From assembly GCA_043228905.1 (NCBI GenBank), contig JBHGNT010000012.1, positions 5,952,001-6,016,000 on the forward strand: a stretch of 64,000 nucleotides of DNA. Reading direction: 5' to 3'. The notes under the pieces were generated by a model that worked only from the letters and a program-made list of their open reading frames with translations, had not been told where the DNA came from and searched no databases. The position numbers and the translations under genes were made by a program. Positions within the stretch are counted from its first letter, which is position 1; every line of letters starts with the position of its first letter. The DNA is from Azolla caroliniana. Taxonomy: Eukaryota; Plantae; Polypodiophyta. Positions 36,101 to 49,504 of the stretch are shown in pieces.

Positions 36101-37660
36101 CACGAGACCGGAAATGGTGAGTCAGATTAGACCGGATCCGACTCCGAAAAAGAAGAAGGCGGATCGTCGGCAACGAAGACCGAACCGGCCAAGAAGGGCC
36201 TCAAACCGATACGTTACGCCGGTCTTCCCGCTAGAAGAACCCCGTGAAGTGGTACAAGTACGATGAGTACATGGCGCATCACTATGCGCACATGACCAAG
36301 GTGGCAGAAGTGCGTGAGCTGAGAGGTACGCAGAAGCGGCAAAGGACGCAAATTAGCGTGCCGCTATGGAGGAAGAAATGCGGGCACTTGATGCCAACGA
36401 CACATGGGACCTAGTTGACCCTCCCCGACATTGTAAACCGATCGGATGTAAGTGGGTGTACAAGGTAAAGTACAATGCCGACGGTTCGGTTAACCGGTAC
36501 AAGGCCCGGTTAGTGGCGAAGGGATACACACAGACCCACATAATCGACTACGACAAGACCCTCCCTCCGGTAGCGAAGATGATGACGGTTCGTGTGGTGC
36601 TGGTAGTTGCTGCGGCAAGGGGGTGGCATCTTCACCAGATGGACGTGAAGAATGCATTTCTTCAAGGCGATCTTGAAGAAGAGGTCTTTATGACCCAACC
36701 CCCCGGTTTCTAGTCGGCGGTATGTCGTCTGAAGAAGTCACTTTATGGTCTGAAGCAAGCCCCCCGAGCTTGGAATGCGAAGATCACACATCGGTTGCGT
36801 AAGATGGGCTTTGCGACCTCCAAGTCCGACTCTTCGTTGTTCATCCGGCAAGGTCCAGACGGTCCGGTTTGCATCTTGCTGTATGTTGATGATCTAGTCA
36901 TCACCGGACCCGGACTCGATGAAATCATCCGAGTCAAGTCCCAGCTGTCGGACGCATTTGAGATGAAGGACCTCGGGGACCTTCACTATTTCCTTGGGAT
37001 CGAGTTGATCCGAACCCTCGACGACATATTGCTCTCACAAAGACACTATATGTTGAATATGCTGTACAAGTTCGGCATGACAGAATGCCAACCAATCTCC
37101 ACACCCCTGGACCAGAACCAGAAGCTCCGTCCTGACTCCGGACCGGCCTGTGATGAGAAGCGGTTCCGACAAATTGTTGGAAGCCTTATATATTTGACAA
37201 TCACCCGACCCAACATCAGTTATCCGGTCGGTGTGATCAACCAATATATGCTGAAGCCGACCATGGAGCACCTTCTTTGCACGCATCGAATTTTGCGATG
37301 TGTGAGCGACACGAAGGACCGTGGACTGTTATACCGACATGGTATAACCGAAGAGCTAGTCGGCTACACCGATGCCGACTGGGCCGGCGATGCATCGGAT
37401 CGCCGATCCACCTCCAGCTATATGTTTCCCTTGGTAGCGTGACTATTGTGTGGAGCAACAAAAAGCAGCCAACAATGGCCCTTTCAAGCATTGAGGCTGC
37501 ATACCGAGGCGCTACCGTTGCCACCTGTGAAGCCATTTGGCTTCGGCGACTGCTGCAAGACCTGCGGATCGAGGTGCCGACCCCAATCCTGATCTACTGC
37601 GACAACATAAGCAACATGCAGCTCGTCAAGAATCCCGTATTCCATGCTCGCACAAAGCAC
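33143..37660 (+). pseudogene. Copia gag-pol remnants (protease region and RNase H end deleted)
   Basis: [64 protein letters not shown]. Confidence 0.9.
33643..34374 (+). mobile_element. Solo LTR related to the 16784 LTR family, with a decayed tRNA-like cassette (~33680-33745, minus)
   Basis: TGTTGTAGTGTATTTCGTACACTACG...GAAAGACACGATA, TSD GTGG/GCGG; removal restores gag AFRT-AVCTRENTP. Confidence 0.9.
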
Positions 37661-38567
37661 ACAGAGCCGACTGGAAGAAGAAGGCCAAGACCTGGACATG
37701 GTCCGATGTGGTGAAGGGCCTGGAACCGGAAGACGAATCGGGAGCGACCGATTCGGACAAGAGCTGGAACGAATCGGAGACAACCGATTCGGTTCAACAG
37801 ACGGATTCAGAAGAACCGGATCAATTCAAGGCCAAGAGGACGAGAAGGCAGCGAAAGTCGACGCCAACACGAAGGAATCGACGAATCGGCACTTAGCGTC
37901 GAAGTCACAACAGCAAGGGAGCTGAAATAGGCCTGTTGACTAGACAAGCCGATCAAGGAGGTCGAGGTGCGCAGAATCAGAAGGGTTGTGGCAAACGGAA
38001 CCGGACCGGATGAGGAGCGCGATCAAGGCGGAGTGACGTCAAAAGGAGCCGGGTGGAAGGACCGGTTGCCACGGAGTTTGACATTACGATCCAACCTCAA
38101 GTTGAGCTTGAGGGGGAGTGTTGAGCGGCAAGCTCAACTGGATCCGGATCGGCTGAATAAGCCTGAGCCAGATCGGCATCCGGAAGGATGAGCCGGATCG
38201 GTGAGCTGGTGACCAAGTGAGCCGGTGAGTTGGGGAGCCGGTTAGCCGGATCAAGCAGTAACCGAAAGCCTAGTAGCAGCCTAGACTACTAGGTAGTTAA
38301 TGTTTCGTAGATAGTGTCAGATGCTTGTGTGAGGATTGAAGTACATTGTACTTTTGTCAGTCCTCTTAGGACTTGTATAAATAGTGTTGTTGAGCACGTT
38401 GTATGTATAGAGAATTTTACAGAGTTGTTGATAATAGATTTAAATTGTTCTGCTCTTTCTCTATCTCTCCTGCGTACCTTCTGTGTGTTAATCTCTCTCT
38501 CTCTCTCTTTGTTGCTATCTGGCTAAGCCGGTTGTCTAACGCTTCCGCAACTTCGTTTTTACATAGA

Positions 38568-39939
38568 TATTTCGTAATCTACGAGCTTATACACCCCACA
38601 ACATAAAATGCTAGAAGCAATAATAACATCCCCATTGGACAAATCATGAACTGTACACCTGTCATCAATGAATTTAACAACCAAGCCAACCTTGGCTAAT
38701 GCTAAAACTGACAACAGAATTTTCTTGATCCTTGGCACAAACAAAGCATCTGACAAGATGAAAGGACTACCATCAGCAGTAGTCAAAATGATCTGAAACA
38801 CCCATAACTGGATAATATGAGTTGTTGGCGCATGTGACAATATTTCCTGTAGGGGTAGGCTCCAATGAAGTGAAGGAATTGCGCTATGAGGTAATATGTT
38901 TGGTTGCCCCATTGTCGAAGTACCAAACATCTGATTGTACAACAAACATACATTGTTCAACTGAAGATGGGTCAAAACTGCAAACAATACTAAATGCCCA
39001 TTCTTCATTCTGCACAAGATTTGCAGACTTTGTTTTTTGGTGCAGAGACTTCTGCAACAACGAGGTCTGCCTCCTTTTTCTTTGCCTCTTTTGCAGCCAA
39101 ATTTGGACAGTTCTTCATAATATGATAAATTCCTTTACAATATTTGCAAAATAGTTTTTTTTCCGCTCTTGTTTTTTTTCATTCACTTGTGAATTATTAG
39201 CAAATCTTTGCTTGCTAGCAAAAGAGTTCCATTTACCTTTGCCCTTCTGACTAGCTAGGAAAGCTTGATTTGCAACACGCATAATAGATTTGTTTTTCCT
39301 AGACTGATCTTCTATTACAAAACAGAGACTAGCTCCTTTCAGCATTAAATGAAGATTAGAAGCAAAACTTTGATATGAATCAGGAAGACCATTTAGAACA
39401 GTCTACACAAGTGAACTATATGGTATCATTTCATCAGTAGAAATTAATTGTTCCTTTAAATCTTTGATTTTTGTAAGAAAACTGACCATAGAATCACCTT
39501 CATTCATGTGCTCACTCTCCAATTGTTTTCGGAGATAAGCAACACGAGCCTCATTTCTTGCTTGGTACAAAGTGGTAAGAGTATCCCAAGCATCCTTTGC
39601 TGTCTTCCAAGAGCGAATATGGGAAATAATGGCACGTTTCATAGACAATGCTATCAAAGCATGAGCCTGAGCATCTCTGCCATCCCAACAAAGTTGCTCT
39701 GCAATTGGTACAACAAAAACTTTAGCATGGGCATGAGCAGGATGATCAACATCCTCAACAGAATCAGTACCATCAACATTTGTGTTCTCAACAGAATGTT
39801 TTTCTGCCCCTTGAACCACATTCAACAACCCAGTTGCTACTAATACATGGCACGTCATATAAGCCCAGAGAGGGTAATTTGTTCCATCCACTTTATCCTC
39901 AACAGCAAGCATCCGAAATACATCATTGCTCTTAGCCAT
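38568..39939 (-). pseudogene. Copia gag, zinc knuckle and protease remnants of the 8537 element
   Basis: DGTNYPLW, AKDAWDTL..LY, YLRKQLE..M.EGDS, LSDALFVPRIKKILLSV. Confidence 0.85.
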
Positions 39940-40294
39940 GGCCGTGGACTGAACACGTTTTGATGTAAAAAATGGATTGTTGAATGAATAAAAGGGAATA
40001 ACGTACCTCTTTGACTTGAAAGATGAACAAGCGAAGAGAAAAGGGAAGCAAGTATGATTTCTGAGGGTTATAGGAATGTCTTGGAAGACTCAAGGAGTCT
40101 TTTTCTAGGATTGAATTGATTTGGAAGCAGAAAAAAATCACAACTGAAACTGCGTGGAAGAAGAAAACATGCAAAAATTTGTTTTTCAACAGCAGAAAAA
40201 AACCACCATAGATGGCGCAGACGGATTGCGTATGAGAGTCGTTGCCTTGATGTTACATCCATCCATGCATCCTTATGCATTATAAAATCCAACT

Positions 40295-41316
40295 TCATGT
40301 ATGGTAGATTGAACATTGGAAGTTCCTAGCTTGCATGAGGCTGGCCTTAGAAAAGGTGTTAGCATACCAATGGAATTGTAAATGGATGATAAGTCGAATT
40401 TGATTGATGAAGCTACGAAGATACGCCCTTGTGACGTTGAATTTGTTGGGTAGGCTAACGGTTGGTTCGAAGACATATGGATAAGAAGAGGAAGTGGTTG
40501 GGCTAGGTGTTGACGACGGTTGTGGCTCGACGGGTGGTGGGTTTCTTGATGTGCTGGATTGAAGCTCTCTTAATGATTCCCGAAGGATTTCATTTTCGAG
40601 TTGAAGTTGTTGCAAAGTTGCCATTACTTGGTTTAGATTGTCGACAGAGTCGGACATGGTAACAAGAAGAGGGGAAAGTGAACAAACTGTCATAGACGAG
40701 TATAATAGACTAGAACCAATACGAGACTAAGAACTAGGAGAGAGAGAAAGAAACAAAACTTATGATTTCGTAATTGGTGTTGTTCACCTTGATTAGAATC
40801 AAGGTGCACCTGAGTATTTATACAAGAAGGTAGAGGTATGTATGCCAATTAGAAATAGAGAATGCATGAGGATGCATGCAAGCTAGGAACAAAGAATGCA
40901 TGAGGATGTATGCAAGCTAGGAATAGAGAATGCATGCAAGCTAGGAACCTTGATTGAGGCATGGATACTATTATTGTAGGCAAATTCTGCCATGGCAAGG
41001 TAGTCCAACCAATCCTCTTGTTGGTAGCTGACTATACACTGGAGGTATTGTTCGAGGATTTGGTTGACTCTTTCTGTTTGACCATCAATTTGAGGTTTGT
41101 ATGTTGTTGACAAGTTCACAGAAGTCCCAAATGTCTACAGATTCTGTAGTCGCTAGAAGTGCGAGATAAATTGAGGACCTCGATCAGAGGTGACATCCTC
41201 GGGTAAGCCATTTAGACGAACGACATTTTTCAGAAAAAGGTATGCCATCTCCTCCCCCGAAATGGTTTTTGATGATGGGACAAAGTGAGCCATCTTCGAA
41301 AACTAATCGACAATCA
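40295..41316 (-). mobile_element. Rearranged chromovirus-like (Tcn1-type) gypsy fragments: gag N-terminus, LTR piece (~40689-40950), integrase core fragment
   Basis: EPTVSLPNKF..TR...RSFINQIRLI; [18 protein letters not shown]...[15 protein letters not shown]; SDRGPQF. Confidence 0.7.
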
Positions 41317-42739
41317 CTATAGCCCAAACATCTCTGAAAAGTGCTGCAACTTGTCCAGTCCAAGCGCCTTGGTGAAAATGTCGGCAACCTGCCGATCGAC
41401 GTGAACATAACGGAGGTTGACTTCACCGCTCAGGACCCGCTCATGCACAAAGTGATAATGCACTTCTATGTGCTTCGTGCGAGCATGGAATACCGGGTTC
41501 TTGGCAAGTTGCATGCTGCTAGTGTTGTCACAATAGATCAGAAATGGAGTGGGAACTTCGACTTGCAGATCCTGCAGTAGCCGCTTGAGCCATATAACCT
41601 CACATATCGCAACGATGACTCCTCTATACTCAGCCTCGGTGCTCGACAGGGCCACTATCGGCTGCTTCTTGCTGCTCCATGCTATCGCTGCACTCCCAAG
41701 TGAGAACATAAACCCTGATGTCGACCGACGATCCGTGACATCGCTGGCCCAATTAGCATAAGTATAGCCGACCAGTTGTTTGGCTATGCTGTGCCGGTAC
41801 AACAATCCTTGATCCTTCGTGTCGCTCACATATCTCAATATTCAGTGCATGCACTAAAGGTGCTTGATAGTCGGTCTCTGCATGAATTGATTTATCACGT
41901 CAAACGCATAGCTAAGATCGGGTCGAGTGATTGTTAAGTATATCAGGCTTCGACAATTTGCCAAAACCATTTCTCATTGGAGGCTCCTCCCGAGTAAGGA
42001 CGAAGCTTCAAGTTTCTATCGAGAAGAGTGGTGACAGATCGACAATCCGTCATCCCGAACTTGTACATCATATTCAAAACATAATGTCGTTGAGTGAGCA
42101 ATATTCATCTCAAAGGCAACTGAAAACTAGAATTTTACTCGGCTGATTTTAGCAAGGTTGGGGCCGGTGACAACCAGGTCATCCACGTACAACAATATGC
42201 ACATCGGACTATTTGGACCTCTTCGGATGAACAAGGGAGAGTCAGACTTCGATACCTCAAACCCCATCTTATGCAACGATTGTGTGATTTTGGAGTTTCT
42301 AGCTTGTGGAGCGTGTGTGAGATCGTAAAGTGACTTCTTTAGCTGTCATACTGCTGACTTGTTCAACTCAGACTAAAAACCGGGGGGTTGGACCATAAAT
42401 TCCTATTCTTCAAGGTCTCCTTGAAAGAACATGTTCTTCACAGATCCATCTGATGGAGATGCCACCCCCTTGCTACTACTAGCACTAGGGTCGAAGCATG
42501 CTACGGTGTACCAACTTTCGGCCAAAAATTTAGTACTAAATCGAGGAAGAAAATAAACATAAAAAATTGAAAGTAAAACAATTAGTGCAGAAAATAGTGG
42601 ATTATCATCCATTGAATGAGGTAACAAATTCAATACGAATGTACAAAGATATTATACTTCACAATCAAAGTGTCCCAAGGCCGTATTTAATACATTAACT
42701 ATAACTTCATTCTCCTAGGTAGAGTTGTACGAAAGCAGA

Positions 42740-42873
42740 TGTTACGGGCATGACCATTTAATATCCCGTGGTGAGAATTTACCATAGTATTCTTTACACG
42801 TGGATAAGTGTGAGGGTATAGAATACTACGGTAAATTCTCACCACGGGATATTAAATGGTCATGCCCGTAACA
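42740..42873. mobile_element. 134-bp foldback (MITE-like) element with 54-bp arms
   Basis: 42740-42793 vs 42820-42873, 53/54 complementary; TGT...ACA ends; flanks GCAGA/ACAGA. Confidence 0.8.
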
Positions 42874-42990
42874 ACAGACCTGGAGAAGGTTTCGAATGTG
42901 TCAGTTGGTCAATCTCTGTCTGTCTGTCTGTCTGTCTCTCTGGTATGGGTAGTCGAACGTGTCAGTTGGTCAGTCTCTCTCTCTCTCTCA

Positions 42991-43032
<42 letters not shown>

Positions 43033-43043
43033 CTCTCTCTCTC

Positions 43044-44625
43044 TCGATATGGTACCTCGTGAGCATCTTTGGAGGCGGATGGAAGAACTTGAGGTGCCAA
43101 GTGAATATATGCTTGCAATTTCCCGAATATATGAGAAGGTTATATGTTGTGTGCGTATGAGAGATAGACTTTCAAATATTTTCAATAGCACTATTGGTGT
43201 TAAGCAAGGATGCCCACTCTTACCAACATTATTTGCTCTATGCATTGAGGAATTAGAAGAAATGGTTACCAAGTTTGTAAAGGAAGAATGTGTTGAAGAA
43301 GTTGCCATTGGGAATGTTGTGATTATGCTTTTGTTATATGCGTATGATGTAGTGCTTTTTGCAAATAGTTTAGGAGATGCACAAAAGCTTATGAAGGCAT
43401 TGGAAATTTTTTGCATGCATACTAGATTAAGTGTCAATAGCTCTAAAACAAAGATTATGCTTGTGAAGAGTCAAAAAAGAGATAAACCATGCATTATGTA
43501 CAACAATGAGCCACTTGAATGTGTGGAAAGCTTCAAATATCTTGGCCTTGAAGTTCCTTCAAATCATAAATGGAATGAATGTGCTACACGCCGCTTAGAG
43601 GCGGGTAAGCGAGCATATTATGCATTTGAGAACACATGCAATCTTGGAGATATTAAGTGTTGGGTCCTCAAGAAATATCTTTTTAACACTTTGGTGACCC
43701 CAGTTCTTCTCTATGGTGTGGAAGTATGGGGAGGTAGCATCCCTACATCTACGTGGAAAGAGTTTGAAAATGTCCAAAAACATTTTCTTACAAAGTTTCT
43801 ACAAGTTAAGAAACAAACGCCCTACACACTCCTCCTTGAGACAGGATTGCTTCCCATTGAGATCATGGCCATGGAAAGAGTTGTTGAATACATGCTTAAG
43901 GTTCAAAAAAGCCCCTCACATCGATGTCCTAGAATTGCATGGGAAGCAAGCAAAAAGATCCAAAAGACGCATAAAAGCAAAATTTTGTGTTCCAGTTGGA
44001 TGCAAGATTTAGAAAAATGGTTTGGTAAATGGGATGCAAGACACTTGCTTCATGATGCGTCATTAGATTCCTTTGTAAATGAGGCATTTTTGCAACACCA
44101 ATGTATCATGACATGGGACAAATGTGGTGGCTCACGCTTCACACATTATACTACAAATGTTGCACCTAACTACAAAACCGTATTCTTTGCAAAACGGGGA
44201 AGCCGTACACATCGATACATGTTAGAGCCCATTCCGATATCTGCCATTCGAACCATTGCTTCCATGCGACTTAGCTCACACGCATTGAGATGAGAGACGG
44301 GGCGTTGGGGCACAAGCGATGAGAGTGGCTGACTATGTACACTTTGCCCTAAACAAGTTTGAGATTTTGAGTTATCACACTTTGATACAATGCTCTGCCT
44401 TTGATCATATTCGACCATGCTCTCCATATCTCTTCGATCGATCCCAATGCTTGCACGAATTTCTCTTACAACCACGATGTGCACTCTTGATTGCAACATT
44501 CATTGGTAAAGTTCTTGAACATCGAGAGTTGGTACTCACCTTCACACGTATCACGTGAAATGTAATATTTTTGGTCTCATAGGTCATATTTTACCTCCGA
44601 AGACGATAATATAATCTATCTATCT
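43044..44625 (+). mobile_element. 5'-truncated non-LTR retrotransposon (RTE/RTEX-like LINE)
   Basis: GVKQGCPLLPTLF, LLYAYDVVL, KTKIM, FKYLG, RLSSHAL..ETGRW..CTLC; ends in (TCTA)n; starts within a (CA)n(TC)n microsatellite. Confidence 0.85.
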
Positions 44626-45345
44626 CTTCTGTCTCAAAGTTGTCAGTCAAAAAGTGACAGAAAGTTAGAAATCAAACACATATCTATTACCTATCTCTCT
44701 CTTTCTCTCTCTCACCCCACCTTCGATTCTCTGTTTCCCCGCGTAATTCTTGTTGTGTTCCCTCTGTGCCTGATTTTTGTTGTTGTTTCCCTACGATCTC
44801 TGAACTCTGTATATGCAGAGATTGTTATTTCCCCTCTATGCTCGTTGTTCTTGTTGTTGATGTACTTTCTCTGTGTATGCTCGTTTATCTCCTCTGCAGC
44901 AGCCTTGTCAACAACCTCTTGCATATAGGTGATTTTCACGGCTTGGTATGCTCCCAAGGTGAAGAAATCAACACAGTGTGGTACCTATGCCTTGACCTTG
45001 GCTTCATTTGCCTTCGACCCATCGTTCCATCTGCAACTTGTACGACCTCCACGTATTCTCTGTGCTGCAGTTTTAGGGTTTGATTATTCATATTCTATGT
45101 GTTGCATGCCCAACTGGTATGTTTTCGTTTTCTTTGTGTTTCTTGTCCGTCTGTTTTTATTTGGTGTGTGTTTGATAGGGATGAGTTTTATCCGACTGTT
45201 TAGGGTTTTTGTGTGTTTGACATGGCTTGTACATGCAACTTAGATTGAGTTGGCTATGATGATTTGCTGGTTGTTGATGGTATTTTGATGAGTTTTCTTC
45301 TTGTACATGCATATTCTTTCAACAAAAATAGTGAAGACTAGGACA

Positions 45346-48300
45346 ATGACGAGAAGGACACCCATAAAGAAGACATTGGTGAAAGAGAAAGTGAAGACAC
45401 CAGTGAAGGAAAGAAAAAGGACACCTTTCAAAGAAAGCAAGAAGACACCCACAAGAGAAAGGGTGATGAACTCATCAACTCAGAGAAAGAAGATGTGCCA
45501 CTCCATCATTCGAGACACACCTCTCGGATGGCGTTATTTCCTTCTAGCACGACCTGGGGGTCAACACATCCCGATACAAGGCGAGGATTCCACATAAGTG
45601 GATTGAAGAAGGAATATGTGAACTTATTGAAGACGAGATATGAACATGTTTATGATACTAATCAAATTTGTAACAATGAGGTGGGTACTGTTTTTGCACG
45701 TGCATTTGCATGTGAAGTTCAGGGTGGCATTGACATACATTGGGAATATTTTAATCATCACCGATCAGAACATTATAAAGGGTCCTCTAGTACCAACACT
45801 GGCTTGAAGTCATCGGGAACCTCTGATGTGGATATTTCGGCTACAACACATGTCCACCAAGTTCAATCTGCAAAGCTACAGGCCACAATGACTGAAAAGC
45901 ATGAACAGATGATGGCCGGTTGCATGGCTTCTATGAGCTCAAGAATACAAGCACTACTTGTTGATTTGGAAGCAGTTAAATCAGCTGAGATACAGGCATA
46001 AAAGCAATTCTCTTCAATAAAGACTACATATGAATGGATTGCATCGACAATCCAAATTTCAGAAAGTGAGGTGTTGAAAGAGGAGTTGAAGAAAGAGTTG
46101 AACATTATGGGAACTCAATTAGGATCACAAATGAGAGACCTTGATACTTGCAGAAATGCACATTGCGAATTAGATAATAAGTTGTCAGCTAAAAAGTTGC
46201 ATTCCAAGAACCTTGCGTGCTTGATGCAAGATTTAAAACAAAAAATGTTTTGAAACTTTGTGTCCATCTATAATTGAGCACCCAAGTGGTATGGAAAGTA
46301 CCATCACTAGTATAGCTATATCACGGTATTGGTTTTAAAAGTTATTTATTTCTACTTTTGTGGTATAAATATCATATTAGCTAATATATTATAACTTGTG
46401 TTTGCAATCTGCCAGGTGTATATTTTGTGGCCTCTGATTCAAGCTTTAGGCTATGGATGTTGTGATTACACCGTGCTTGCACACATATCATGTGCTATGT
46501 GCTAAGTATCATTTTGAGAAAGAAAATACATGTATGGATTGTAAAACTACAGTTGCTGTTGAGTGGTACTATGCTTGGGGTTTAAAAGTACACCCGTACG
46601 GTATGTGGGTCTACTATTCTATTGTTTATATTATATGATGTCAATTTACATTTGGATTAGAACTAGTGTACGCCACAATTCATACTTCAAATTTAGGAAA
46701 ACAATGGATTAGTACTAGTGTAGCTCCAACAACTAATATGCGGAACCCTATTTATGTGGGTTAGTATTGGTAGTACTCTTAATATATAATTGGTATGGGT
46801 AGTTGAACGGATATTTTCCAGAATTAGTACTATTTGAGTAATTTGGGAACAAGGTGTGACATTGTTCAGGATTGGTACTAGTTATGTAATTTGAGCACAA
46901 GGTATGTAGTACAATGTGAACGATTAGTACTAAACGTGTAATTTGGGAATTAGGAGTGTAGAACACATATCATGATTAGTACTACTTGTATGCAACATAC
47001 CACTTTAGTACTAAAGAAGGAAGTTGTTTAGATGTATTTGTTGGATAAGTTGTTCGTCCAATCTATATTACAACTTGCCTAGTACTAGTTTAGTACACAC
47101 TATAGTTGTAGTACACTATTGACTATTAGTACTATTTGTGTAATTTGGGAATTAGTTGTGTAGTACATTGTTCATGATTAGTACTAGTTATGTAATTTGG
47201 GAACAAGGTGTATAGTAAATTGCTGAAGATTAGTATAGTTTGTGTAATTTGGAAATGAGGTGTGTCAAACACATATCACGTTTAGTACTAATACTGTTGG
47301 TGTAATTAGTACTAGTTATGTAATTAGGCGTGTAGAACAAATGTCACGTTTAGTATTACTTGTGTGCAAAATACCACGTTAGTACTAAAGTCCAATCTAC
47401 ATTTGTTGGATTAGATATTAGTCCAATCTATATTACAACGTGCCTAGTACTAGTGTTAGTACACACTATACTTGTAGTACATTGTTGACGATTAGTACTA
47501 GTTGTGCAATTTGGGAATTGAGTAGTACATTGTTGACGATTAGTACTAGTTGTGTAATTTGGGAACTAAGCGAGTAGTACATTGTTCATGATTCGTACTA
47601 GTTGTGTAACTTGGGAACTAAGTGAGTAATACATTGTTCACGATTAGTACTAGATGTGTAATATGGGAACTAGGTGTAGCCTAAGGATTTAGTAATGCAG
47701 CTCTTGTGACCTACATTGTATTTTATATATCACGGTACTAACGTTGAAGGTTTTTTTGTTTCTTACAATGAATGTTGTTGTAGTGTCAAGCAACTTCACG
47801 CTAGGGAAGGTAATGGAACAACTAGCCCCTGTGCCTAAACCCTCGGTATCTGCTGCACATTCCAAGGTTCAGGGACCATCATTACCAGTAACCTATGAGT
47901 TTTATGATGAAGATGAATGTATGAGAAGGGCCATTGGAGTAGTGGAACATATGCTTCTACAAACAAATTCCCCAAGCTCTGGTCAACATAAAAACAATCC
48001 AGGTAACACAAATTGAGTTAGCATATCTTAATTCTCATTTGTGTGTATGTTGAATGCCTAATGTCTTTAAAAAAGAGCCCACTAAGAAGAGGAATGTTGC
48101 AAGAAAGTTGTATGGAAAGGGCAAGAGAGGCAGAGTTGAATGCAATGGTGAGTCATATATGTTCTCACCTGTCCGGAGAGTTGTCAACCTAATGCATTGT
48201 CTAATACCATGTACTTGTGTTACTAGCTGATGACGAAATGATCTTTGGTGAGAGAGATACGAGTCCAAAACCTGATCATGAAGACGAATTTATCACACTC

Positions 48301-49504
48301 CTAGGTACACGTCAAAAACCCTCTAAGAAAACAATGATTTAGATCATAACAACCCTATTATAGTGGTGCTTTTGGTGCATTCTATAGATAGTATTATGAA
48401 ATCTTCTATTGATAATGAGCTCCAACCTGTTGAACACTTAGATGTTGTGGAGAAGATGACCGAGCCTACCACTTGCAATGGGTTGTCTATGGTTGTACAG
48501 TATGATGATGTAACAATAGGTAAAAATGTGGCTATTAACCCTATTTTCATTGTTGTTGGTATGTTTGCAAACTTTTGAGTATGTGAGTTGATACTAATAT
48601 TCTCTAGAATCCCATTATTTAGGTTTACAAGAGCAGTTTGATTCCCAACTGCAATCAAATGAATCGAGAACTATATGGAGCACAAGTGCAGAGTCAGATT
48701 CTAGGATGAACCTTTGCACGGAGGCAGACTGTAGGAGCACATCTTCCACACATGAGGACTGTGAAAAAAAGGAAGCATTCATATTTGAAGAGCAGCTGGC
48801 ATGTACAAACAACAATTTGACTAAAGAAGCCCATGAGGAGTGTGGAAAGAATATCGCTAGTAATGAAGAGGAGCCTGATTGTACTGAGAACGAGCATACT
48901 AGCATCACCCATGAGGACTAGGCAATAAAGACCACCCAAGAAGGGGAGCACGGTTGTGTTAAGAATAAGGTGATAACCACCGTACAAGAGGAGTTGACCA
49001 TGAGTACTGCCACAACCCACATACAAGAGTCTAATTGTACTAAGAACGAGTATACTAGCATCACCGATGATGATAGGGCAATAAAGACCACCCAAGAAGG
49101 AGAGCATAGTGGTCTTAAGAATGAGGTGATTATCACCAGTCAAGAGGAGTTCACCATGAGTACTACTATAGCCCACATACAAGAACCTAATTGTACTGAG
49201 AATGAGCATACTAGCAACAACATGAGTACTAAAACAACCCACATACAGGAGATGAGTGATAATTTGACTATCAACAGCACCTTTGTGGATGTGTGTACAA
49301 GCATTGCAGTTGTAGAAAACAGTTGCTCTCTCAAGCTTGCCACTTGTACAAGGTGCCCGTACATCCATGCTTGTCTCTGATGTCTTTGATGATGAAGTTC
49401 CACTTAGTAAGCTGATACCTAAAGGCTTTAAGATAAAGAAGAATGTAAAATCACAAAAAACTGGCACCAATAACAAGTGCATTACAAGATCGGCGAAATT
49501 GTGA
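45346..49504 (+). pseudogene. S2 cargo gene (decayed): NNE..FARAFA.E domain, coiled coil, RING-H2 (46417-46600), acidic 52-aa repeats, basic C-terminus
   Basis: ICNNEVGTVFARAFACE vs S1 PVNNELSVSFARAFAYE; CIFC...PCLHTYHVLC...CMDC...EW; phase-1 donor at 46601 matches the S1 intron position; several premature stops. Confidence 0.7.
46650..47740. repeat. Intronic array rich in the palindrome TAGTACTA
   Basis: ATTAGTACTAGTT.TGTAATTTGGGAAC units (~50 bp) following the RING exon. Confidence 0.85.

Larger units (their letters stand above)
21925..38563 (+). mobile_element. Degenerate Ty1/copia element; 5' LTR 21925-22316 + 33028-33051, 3' LTR 38119-38563
   Basis: TGTTGAG...TTTACA LTRs, flanks TAGA on both sides (ATAGA if the terminal A is shared), PBS TGGTATAAGAGC 33052-33063 (tRNA-iMet type, one mismatch), PPT AGGGGGAG, decayed gag/IN/RT/RH 33143-37660. 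Confidence 0.92.
8537..40250 (-). mobile_element. Degenerate Ty1/copia element split by nested insertions (3' LTR 8537-8893; 5' LTR not found, right boundary approximate)
   Basis: Collinear gag (39403-39939), zinc knuckle/protease (38568-39345), integrase (21435-21900 and 10725-11272), RT/RNaseH (8957-10508), PPT (~8894-8906), LTR TGTTGACA...TGACA on minus; reading frames rejoin across the insertions. Confidence 0.85.

Noticed and set aside
42959-43045. His/Thr-rich N-terminus of the 444-aa ORF
   Set aside because: Translation of a (TC)n(CA)n microsatellite upstream of a 5'-truncated LINE.
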